From assembly GCA_001275005.1 (NCBI GenBank), contig JWZX01002948.1, positions 1-39,106 on the forward strand: a stretch of 39,106 bases of DNA, written 5' to 3'. Below are positions 27,953 to 36,900 of this stretch, piece by piece; within the stretch, counting starts at the first letter, position 1; each line of letters opens with the position of its first letter. Position numbers and translations under genes: made by a program. This stretch comes from Chrysochromulina tobinii (taxonomy: Eukaryota). Below the pieces are notes generated by a model. That model was not told the DNA's origin, searched no databases, and worked only from the letters and a program-made list of their open reading frames with translations.

Positions 27953-30900
27953 ATGGCACTGCCTCGCGCTCTCGCCGAGTGCCTCGAGGCGGCGGCGGAC
28001 GCGGACCCCCCCGACTGGCGCTGGGGTTTGCTTCCAGAGGCCGTGCGCGCATCCATCAGCGAAGGAGAGTGGCAGCGGGCGGCTCGTGCACACAGCCTTG
28101 GCGTGCAGGGGCCGTGGTCCACTGCGCTGGGAGGCGACGAGGCCTCGTACCTCGAAGAGCTGCTTCGCAAAAGCCGTGAGAAGTGCATGCTCTACCCGTA
28201 CCACCTCGCGGATGCGCTCGGCCGAAACCCGCGCCTCCCCACCATCACGCCCTTTGATTACTACCAAGAGATGCTCATCGAGACGATGCGCGCCGAGAAA
28301 TCGTTTGACACAATCCCCAACTTCACAGCGGCCGACTGCGGGCGCCTGGTAGGCGTGGGGCGCAACGAGTTCTTGCACGCCCTCAACCAGTGCCGCAGCA
28401 AGGGCTGGCTGTGGAAGCGTCGACGCGCCATCATCGCTAGCTCGCTGCCGGCGGCGGCGGCGCTGCCTACGATGCCGGTGCTGCACTGGTGGCAGGTGCA
28501 CCTGACCAAGGCGGCGCACAAGCTGCTCGCGCAGCGAGCCGCAGCGCGCGCGCAAGGCGCCGCGCGCCAGGAATCGCTCCGGTCGTCCATCGGCGAGCGC
28601 ATCAGCCAAGCTCTCAAGGAGGCCCGAGAGGCCGCGGCTGCCCACCACGGCGCCTCCGGGGCCGCCGCCGCTGTGAATGGCGCCGTGTTGGGCACCGCGA
28701 CCGGAGGGCCCGTCCCGCCGCCCACCACGGCGCTCCACGCAGCCAGCAATGACGGGGACGAGCTCGGCGCCGACGGGGCTGACGAAGAGGGCGCCGCGGT
28801 GGGCGGCAGCAAGGACGTCGCGGGGCCGCATGGCTTGTCCGCGGAGCAGTTGAGCGTGCTCGGAGCGATCGAGGTGGCAAGGGGCGCTCCGAACCGGATG
28901 ATTGCCTCTGATTGCCACTGATGGTCTCCCTCATTGCATGCGGCTGGCAGGCGGCGCTCTGCCCGTACCGGCGCTGCATGCAAGTGCTCACCACGACGCC
29001 TCGCCTCCTTCCCCACAGGTGGCAGGGGGCGCTCTGCCCGCTGGCGAGCTGCCGCGCGACGCGCTGCCCGCTCTGTACTCGCTCGGGTTGGTGCGCTACG
29101 ATGTGCCCGTCGCCGCGTGCGATCGGATCGCGGTGCCGCCACTCAAGGGCTTCGTCATGAATCGCGTCGGGCATGACTACCTCGAAAAGATGCTGTACGA
29201 GGTCTTCGTGTCCAACGACGAGGCCATGACCGTTGGGGAGGTAGCGTCGATGCTGGGCCACTCGCTGCATGCAAGTGCTCACCACGACGCCATACCTCCT
29301 TCCCCACAGGTGGCGTCGCTGCTGGGCCAGCCACTCCCTCGCATCCTGCGCGCCGTCTCGATCGCGTGCTTGCTTGGCTTCGCTGTCAAGCTCACCGCGC
29401 CGCCGCTCAGCTCGCCGCCGCCTCCCCGGCCGACGGCAGCCACGACGGCGAGCACACCCGCTGGGTCAGAGAATGGAGCGGAGCCAAAGCCGCTGGCGGA
29501 GCCAGCGTGGCATGCCTCGTGGCATCACCTTGCGGAAGGCGGGGGCGCCTGCAAATCTCGGGCACATATCGCGGAAGGCGGAGGCGCCACGCCTGACCCG
29601 GCGGCTGCGGGCGATGGCGCTGCGGCGGGCGCGCCCAGGACGGCGCCGGAAGCTCCGGCGGATGAAGGTACGCGCACGGCGAGCGAGGCTGCGCCGCCGC
29701 TGCAGCGCATCGGCCTGCTCGTCGATTCGAAGCTGGCGGCGTGCCTCATGATGTCCAATTTGGCTGACGGGCTCAAGCAGCACGCGGTCACGCTGTATGA
29801 GGTGGGCAAGATCCCCAACGCCTCTGATGGCCTCTGATTGCCTCTAATTGCCTCTGATTGCCTCCCTCTTCACAGGTGGGCAAGATCCCCAACGAGGCAC
29901 TCGACGCCTTCCTCGCAGCCACAGAGAAGGTGGAGCGACCGCAGATCTCCTCCGATGGCCATTGATTGCCTCTGATGGCCTCTGATGGCCTCCCTCCTCA
30001 CAGGTGGAGCGACCGCAGATCCACGAAGCTGATCTCCTCGAGTACTTTGACCAGGCGATCGCGCTGCGGCACGCCCTCCTCTTCCTGCGCAGCGACCCAG
30101 CGTGTGCGATCAACGGCAGTCTGCGGCCCCTCGACATCGTGCGCACCTGATTGCCACTGATTGCCACTGATTGCCACTGATTGCCACTGATTGCCACTGA
30201 TAGCCACTGATAGCCACTGATAGCCACTGAGCGGCCCCTCGACATCGTGCGCACCGAGTCACTCGCTCCAGTGCCCGAGCGACTCCTCAGCATGCAGGGG
30301 CTCATTACGGCGCCATCTCCCCAATGCCCCACAGGTGCGCACCGAGTCACTCGCCACCCTCGATGGCGCCACGCGCGCGCGCGTGCTGCAGCGCCAGTAC
30401 GCGCTGCTCGTCTCGATGGCGCCGATGGAGCCCCTCTGCGAACACGTGTACACCGCCGGGCTGCCGGTGATGCACTTCGGGCCCACATTCTCGCTCCTCA
30501 CCTCGCCGTGGCTCCAGCTCGCGCTCTATACGACGCTCGGCTGCGGCCCGCCCTCGATCCTGCTGCCACGTGGCGCTCGGCTCCGGCGCGTGCCGGAAGG
30601 GTTGCGACCGTATTCACACCTCCTCCTCACACCCTGGGGCGGGGAGCCCGCCGTGACCTCCACGTCACACCTGCTCTCGGTCGCCGCCGAGCTCCTCACG
30701 CGCGCCCCTCTACTGGTGCAAGCCTACGTGGCCGACGCCAGCGCCGGCACGGCCAGGCTGCCCATGCCGGTCGCCGCCGACGCCGCCGAGACGCCGAAGG
30801 CAGCTACCAATCTCGGACAGAATCTCGGGCATAATCTCGGGCGGATCGCCGACGCCGCCGAGACGCCGCGGCTCGAGTCGCCGCCCGCCGCCACGCCCTC

Positions 30901-31625
30901 GCCGGCCATGCCCACAGGCGAGGGCAGCACACGCACCGACACCGAGGCCGAGGGCGCTCACGAGGACGCTCACGAGGGCGCCCATGACGGCGCTCACGAG
31001 GGCGCCCATGACGGCGCTCACGAGGGCGCCCATGACGGCGCTCACGAGGGCGCTCACGAGGACGCGAGCCGAGCGGGCGGCGGCGAGGGTCCTCATGCCG
31101 CCGCTCGACGCGTCATGCACGCCCTCGGCCTCGAATCGTCTATAGGGATGCTCCAGCTGGTCCGTGTGCAGGCGGCGGCGGACGCGGGAGGGCCGCCTAG
31201 CACGGCGTGGGTGCCCCTCATGTTGCACTTCGGTCTGCCACTCTGCGACGTGCCCACGTGCGAGGCGGTGTGCGAGCAGGTGCGGCAGCGACTACTCTTC
31301 AGTGCGAGCCGTACCGGCGCTGCATGCAAGTGCTCACCACGACGCCTCGCCTCCTTCCCCGCAGGTGCGGCAGCGACAGCTCTTCAGTGCGAGCCAGCTG
31401 CAGGCCCACACAGACGCAGTGCGCGCGCTGCTGCGGCGCGTGCGCGCCTTCGTGCACGAGTACACAGGCATCGAGGCGGAAGCTGCGGGCAGGGGCATGG
31501 AGACCGCGACCGCGGAGGAGAGCGACGTGACGCTTGCCGACTCGGCCGAGAGCGTCACGTACCCGTGCGTACCGCTCTTCTTCGACGGCCGCTGCATGCA
31601 AGTGCTCGCCGAAGCGGCGAGGTGA
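27953..31625 (+). CDS. FAM91A1: FAM91A1 homologue, spliced: 27953-28873, 29019-29240, 29310-29801, 29876-29929, 30004-30138, 30335-31279, 31365-31625
   Basis: YPYHLAD, ITPFDYY, EKSFDTIPNFTAADC..VGRNEF, VPPLKGFVMNRV..DYLEKMLY, LMMSNL..GLKQHAVTLYEVGK and LD.VRTESL..LD..TRARVL are FAM91 motifs. Every predicted exon length is a multiple of 3. Confidence 0.88.
28874..29018 (+). mobile_element. Compound introner-like intron (cassette B-like filler + cassette A; three copies of the exon start)
   Basis: GTGGCA(A/G)GGGGCGCTC-like sequence at 28874, 28945 and 29019. Cassette A at 28971-29018 is identical to 20342-20389. Confidence 0.72.
29241..29309 (+). mobile_element. Introner-like intron, cassette A, 20-nt duplication (2 mismatches)
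   Basis: GTAGCGTCGATGCTGGGCCA versus exon GTGGCGTCGCTGCTGGGCCA. The cassette is 44/48 identical to the other copies. Confidence 0.72.
29802..29875 (+). mobile_element. Introner-like intron, cassette B, 19-nt duplication
   Basis: GTGGGCAAGATCCCCAACG at 29802 and 29876. (CCTCTGATTG)n is followed by CCTCCCTCTTCACAG. Confidence 0.75.
29930..30003 (+). mobile_element. Introner-like intron, cassette B, 18-nt duplication
   Basis: GTGGAGCGACCGCAGATC at 29930 and 30004. Decamer repeats are followed by CCTCCCTCCTCACAG. Confidence 0.75.
30139..30334 (+). mobile_element. Compound intron: divergent cassette-A intron (30247-30334) plus a second duplication across its donor with (TGATTGCCAC)n filler
   Basis: GCGGCCCCTCGACATCGTGCGCACC at 30123 and 30231; GTGCGCACCGAGTCACTCGC at 30247 and 30335; about 8 decamers at 30148-30230. 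Confidence 0.72.
30953..31060 (+). repeat. In-frame 12/24-bp coding repeat (HEGA/HDGA)
   Basis: CACGAGGGCGCC-CATGACGGCGCT is repeated inside a FAM91A1 exon. Confidence 0.85.
31280..31364 (+). mobile_element. Introner-like intron, cassette A, 31-nt duplication (2 mismatches)
   Basis: GTGCGGCAGCGAC(TA/AG)CTCTTCAGTGCGAGCC at 31280 and 31365. The cassette at 31317-31364 is 47/48 identical. Confidence 0.75.
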
Positions 31626-32056
31626 GGTGTGGGGTGCGAGGATCCGCCACTTTATCGCCACTAACCGCCTCACCCGCCATTCCGCGCACAGCAAGGCTCG
31701 GCCGCCGGGGGGGCGGGGGGGGGAGCGAGCGTGGAGACTCTCGGTCTCGCCGAGCTCTGGTCTCTGGTCTCTGCCTTCTGGCGGGCGCGGTCTGGACTGG
31801 CGGCGTAATATGTGGGACGAACTTAAATCAAACCGCCGTGCACGCACTGCTCGTTAGAGTTGACGGTTCTACTTTATACAATTATAGTTCGTCGCCGTCG
31901 CCCAATTCGCCCCGTCCGGTCGGAGAGCGTCGTATTCCTATAATTCGATGATCGATGTACGGTTCGTTAAGCTTGGTGACGTCGAGGTCACGCTGCTGGC
32001 CACTAGCCCGATAACTGAACATGCACGTCCAAGATACACGCACCTGCCACCCAGGC

Positions 32057-32962
32057 CTAGTATTTCTGCAACAGCTTCTTGAACACGTCCACGAGGCTGA
32101 ACTGAATCGCCTGCGAGAGGAAGAGGCGCGGCACGCGTACCGAGAGACCGGACGCCAGGCCGATGAAGCCTCGCTCGCGGACAAAATCTTGCAGGCAGAG
32201 GATGATACTTGAGTGCTTGCCCGCCTGGATCTTCGATTTCGCGATGTCGATGGGATTGTTCAGGCACACTGAGAGCGCGCCGCCACACCCTCCGGCTAAA
32301 AACGAGACCCACGCCGGAGCGTTGCCGACGTCGTGGCCGAGTGCACGGCAGAGCACCGCCTTGACCTCACCAAAGCAGAAGAAGCGCACGGCAACGCTCG
32401 ACGATTGGCGCAGCGCCGTGGCGGTCGCGCCCACGTAGAGTGTGCCAACGCCTCCCTCGCGCACCAGCTGCAGCGCTGTCAGCGGTACCGAACCCTTCTG
32501 GGCCGACATTGCCTGCGACAGGACCTTGACGCGGTCGGTCGGCGCGGTCAGCGAGAGGGACTCGATGACACCCGAGCCGAGGCCGCATGCGAGCGAAGAC
32601 AGCCCAGGGTACTTGCTCCTGTCCACACCGATATGCTTGAGGTTGTCAGACAACAACTCGAAAGAGAAGAACCGTACTGAGGTCTTGGCTGCCGACTGCA
32701 AGAAGAAGGCCCAGAAGCCGTTATAGAGGCCAATAATGCCATTGGCCTGCACGATGGCCCGGGTGCACTCAATCGGAGAGCGGTACTTTTGCAGCTGCAC
32801 CTGCGTTGACAAGGTGTCCATGGGCATCGTGAAGCAGCAGTCAATGGCGCCAGCGCCTGCACCAGCAGCAACGGTGCGCCAGCCGCCCTTGCTTTCGGAG
32901 GTGGTGGGCTTGGGTGTCAGCATCGGCTGAGTCGTGACCTTGAGTGATATGTGAGCCGCCAT
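32057..32962 (-). CDS. Mitochondrial carrier (SLC25), citrate/tricarboxylate or succinate-fumarate type
   Basis: Three carrier repeats (PMDTLS, PTDRVK, PIDIAK) and contact motifs KTSVRF, LRQ..SVAVRF and RVPRL, typical of the CTP1/SFC1 group. Confidence 0.88.
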   Translation of the reverse strand: MAAHISLKVTTQPMLTPKPTTSESKGGWRTVAAGAGAGAIDCCFTMPMDTLSTQVQLQKYRSPIECTRAIVQANGIIGLYNGFWAFFLQSAAKTSVRFFSFELLSDNLKHIGVDRSKYPGLSSLACGLGSGVIESLSLTAPTDRVKVLSQAMSAQKGSVPLTALQLVREGGVGTLYVGATATALRQSSSVAVRFFCFGEVKAVLCRALGHDVGNAPAWVSFLAGGCGGALSVCLNNPIDIAKSKIQAGKHSSIILCLQDFVRERGFIGLASGLSVRVPRLFLSQAIQFSLVDVFKKLLQKY

Positions 32963-33203
32963 GTGAGCCGGTGTGCGAGTGGTCCAAGTCGTCCACGTGA
33001 GCCTTTCGGGATCGCAACCAACCGCGGGGTCTTAGAGTTGGACGCCATGTTCGTAGATGCACCTCAGTCGACGTGGAGATTCACATTCAAGATTCGTGGA
33101 GGTCTTGTGAAATTGTGTTCACAAAGGTTATATAACCGTGTACTAACCAGTCGTTCCGCATCACCTGTGTTTTCAGCACACCGATTGTGTCCGTCTGAGT
33201 CCG

Positions 33204-33890
33204 TCATGCCATCGCGAGCCGCAGCACAGCCCAGTCGCCTACCGTCACTTGGCAGCCCTTCTTGCCGATGGCAGCCTGGATGGCTGCCTCGAGCTTGCGC
33301 TCCGTTGCCGCCTTGGCATCTTCCGCCTTGGCCACCTCGGCCGCCAGGCGTGCCGCCTCGAGTTCCTCGGCTGTCCGCACAGTGTACTCCATGGGCACCA
33401 CGTCCAGCGTGATGGCCGTGCCCCCGGCTGCGACGGCGGCGTAGGCCTGCTGGAAGGCGAGCTCGGCGGCTGCGGCAGCCTGGCGCTGCTTCTCTATCGC
33501 GCGCTGGCGCTCCTCAGGGGTGATCACCCGCGCGGGCGCTGCTGCCTTAGTCTTGCCCGCCTTCTTTGGCGCTGCACCCTCCGCGGCTGCCTCAACAGAG
33601 GGCGCGCCCTCCGCGTCCGCGCTGCCGCTCGGCTCGCCCGCGGAGTCATCCGTCGCAGCCTTCGTGTCCTTCTTTTCCTTCTTCTTCTTCTCCGGCTGAG
33701 CCAGGCCAGCCACCATCGCCGCGGCCTTGGCCTTGGCCTTCTCGAGCTTCTTCTTTTCATCAAGCGCTGCCTGCTCCTTTTTGGTCAGCACCTTGGGCTG
33801 CGCGAACTCCGCTGACTTCATGTCCTGGACCTTGAAAGGCCCTTCAATGGCCTTGCCGCCCAGTGACGCCAGCGCCTTGTTGATGTCCAT
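33204..33890 (-). CDS. Hypothetical Lys/Ala/Glu-rich protein, 228 aa
   Basis: ATG ORF with strong GC3 bias and coiled-coil-like composition. Confidence 0.7.
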   Translation of the reverse strand: MDINKALASLGGKAIEGPFKVQDMKSAEFAQPKVLTKKEQAALDEKKKLEKAKAKAAAMVAGLAQPEKKKKEKKDTKAATDDSAGEPSGSADAEGAPSVEAAAEGAAPKKAGKTKAAAPARVITPEERQRAIEKQRQAAAAAELAFQQAYAAVAAGGTAITLDVVPMEYTVRTAEELEAARLAAEVAKAEDAKAATERKLEAAIQAAIGKKGCQVTVGDWAVLRLAMA

Positions 33891-33965
33891 CTCTCAGTGA
33901 CGCTGCTTCACCACGAGAACCGCGTTTTGCGACGACGTGCCGAGGTGTGAACGTTAACACGCACA

Positions 33966-33990
33966 CAAGCAAGCAAGCAAGCAAGCAAGC
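33966..33990. repeat. (CAAG)n microsatellite
   Basis: CAAGCAAGCAAGCAAGCAAGCAAGC lies immediately upstream of the ATG at 34000. Confidence 0.9.
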
Positions 33991-33999
33991 ACGCAAAAC

Positions 34000-36900
34000 A
34001 TGGCGCGCGCCCTGCTCGTCGCGGACCCGCTCCTCGCGGCGACTGCGGATAACGACGCGCATGAGGCACGGCCGGGGCATACGCCTGCCGGCACACCGAC
34101 AACTACGCTGTCCTTTGCGTGCGGGCACGGGCGCGACTCGCACCGCCCGCATGCAGAAAAAGCAAAAACTATGCTGAACACAGAAACCGATACAGAAAAG
34201 CTGTCTGTGCAGCCGCGGCCTGACGCTGCGCAGGCGCCAGAGCAGGCGAAGAACCAGACCGTGTCTCAGCCTTGCGACCTGGAGCACGCGGAGCAGCAGA
34301 CGCAACATCTTGCGCAACAGCAATCGCAGCAACAGCTGCTGCTGCTGACGCAGCAGCAGGAGGCCAGCTCGGACGCTACGGCTGCGTCAGCGCAGCCGCA
34401 GCTCGGCGGTGCACATGCTTCAGAGCAGGCGCAGGAGCTCCAGGCCGCAGTGCAGCCGCGCGTTCCGGCTCGGGTGGAACTGCAGACGCAGCATCCAGCG
34501 CCGCAGCAGTCGCAGCAGCAGACGCTGCCAGGTGGGCGCGGCGGGCGCGAGCGCACAGTGTCTGGCGAGATGCTGGCGCGCGCTGAAGGCGCCGCCGGCA
34601 CCAGCAGCGAGCCGGCTGCCACATCCAACGCAGCCCAGACTGACTGGGGCTACGGCTTCGACGAGGAAGTCGGGTATCCGGGCGAAGGTAACACGGATGA
34701 AGAGAGCACGAGCGACGACGAGCGCGACGAAGGCGAAGCTGCAGCAGTGCAGCGACGCGCGCAACGACGTGCCTCGGCGCACGCCAGGCTAATCTGGCAG
34801 AGCCAAGCGCAGCAGCAAATGCAACAGCAGTTATTGTCGCAAACGCAGCTGCAGCTGCAAGATCAAACGCAGCGGCAGGCGCAGCAGCAAATGCAGGTTG
34901 ACATGGGCCACGGCCCTGACGAGGAGGTTGGCATTCCCGGCGATGGGAACTCGAACGTGGACTCGAACGAGGAGAGCGACGACGAGCACGACGACGGCGA
35001 CGCCGCTGCGCAATTGCGTGCAATGGCGCGAGCGATGCAGCACCAGCAGCTGCAGGAGCAAGCGCAGCAACAAGCGCAGCAGCAGACGCAGCTGCAAACA
35101 CAACAGCAGGAGGCTGGCTCGAGCGCGAGCGGCGCGAAGCGCGAACGCGGCGAGCGAGGTGGGCGCAGGCGCAAGAAGAAGTCTGGCGAGAAGCAGGCAT
35201 GCAACGAAGGGGCCGCTGGCTCCATCTCCGGACTCACCACCACCGCCACCTTCGCGTCGACGCAGGATGCCGCGCTGCGAGAGCACGAGGCGAGCGTCGC
35301 AGGGCTGAGCGGCGAGCTCAAGCGCCACGCGCTACGCGCATTGGAGCAGATGAGAAGCACGCACGCCCTTGGCGCACATGCCCCGGTACAGGCTTGGGAG
35401 CTGGCTGCAGCGCAGCTGCCCGTTCCGGCGCATGCGGTGCACCTGCAGATGCAGCATCCAGCTCTGCAGCAGCCGCAGCAGCAGACGCTGCCGCAAGCAG
35501 CTCACTCGGATGCCACAGCGGCAGGCGGAGAAAAGCGCGGGCGCGGCGAGCGCGGCGGACGCGGGCGCAAGAAGGCTGGCGAGAAACAAGCGCGCACCGA
35601 AGGGGCTGCCGGCTCCAGTACCGACCCGGCCGTCATCGAGTCGGCCACCATCGCCACTTCCTTGGCGACTGTGGACGCCGCACATCATGAGCACGCGACG
35701 CATGTTGCGGGGCTGAGGGGCGAGCCTAAGCGCCACGCGCTTCGCGCACTCGAGCAGATGAGTGCGACGCGCGCTCGACTACTGGATGCCATCCAGGGGG
35801 CGAGCGGTCGCAACGACGCGGAGGCGTTCAACGCGATTGCGAGCGTCCTGCGCGGCGCAGCTGGCGCGCTGCAACGCTTGGCCGGAGGAGTCGAGCAAGC
35901 CGGGCATGACATGCATCACAAGCGCAGGGGCGCTGACGCGCGTCACGCACAACACGACGCGCGCCAAGGTCACCGCGGCCCGGCGGCGACGCACACGGGC
36001 CACGCGAGCGGCAGCGGCAGATACGGCGGCGGCGGCAAGGGCGGCGGCGACAAGGGCGGCGGCAGCAAGGACGGCGGCAGCAAAAGCAGCGACGCACGCC
36101 AACAACAGCTGCAGCTGGCCAGTGCGGACGCTGCGACGGCGCGCGACGACGCGGCACACGCTCCAGTGCAAGCTCAGGAGCAGACGGGCGTGGCCGTGCA
36201 CGCCAGCTTCCTCTCAACAGCAAACTCAACTGGCGACGCAGCAGCAGCAATCTCGCCCAGAGACATGCAGACTGACTGGGGCTACGGCCCCGACGAGGAA
36301 GTTGGCTATCCAGGCGAGGGAAATTCGGACGAGGAGAGCAGCGACGACGAGCGCTACGGCGACGAAGCTGCAGCGCTGCGACGTGTGCAGCGACGCGCCT
36401 CGGAGCATGCTAAGCTGCTCTGGCAGAACCAAGCGCAGGAGCAACAGCAACAGCAGATGTTGCTGGCTGGCACGGGCAGCACGAGTAGACATCACCCTCC
36501 CTCGTCGCCACCGCCACCGAGCGCGCCGCCGTCACCGCCAAACAGCGACAGCGAGGAGGACGGCGAGGCAGACGGCGAGGCAGACGGCGAGGGAGACGGT
36601 GAGGAAGACGGCGAGGAAGACGGCGAGATGCACCCTGGCGAGGATGATGACGAAGAGGAGGGCGCCAGCGGCGAGGACGGCAGCGGCACGGCACACGTGC
36701 CAGCTCCAGCTGTGCCAATGGACGAGATGGACGGCGACGAACCTGAAGATGAGGCTGCCCTCCAAGCCGGCGCTGACGACGACTACGATTACTACTTCTA
36801 CTCCACGGCTCTGGTGCCTGGTGGCGAGGGCACTGGCCTGAGCATTCTCGCGGCACAATTCGGAGACACAATGGAGCTGCGTCGGCGGCTCGCCGCGGGC

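Noticed and set aside
30148..30230. Regular repeats suggesting a CRISPR array or telomere
   Set aside because: There are no unique spacers or cas genes, the context is eukaryotic, and the unit is not TTAGGG-like. It is explained as intron filler.
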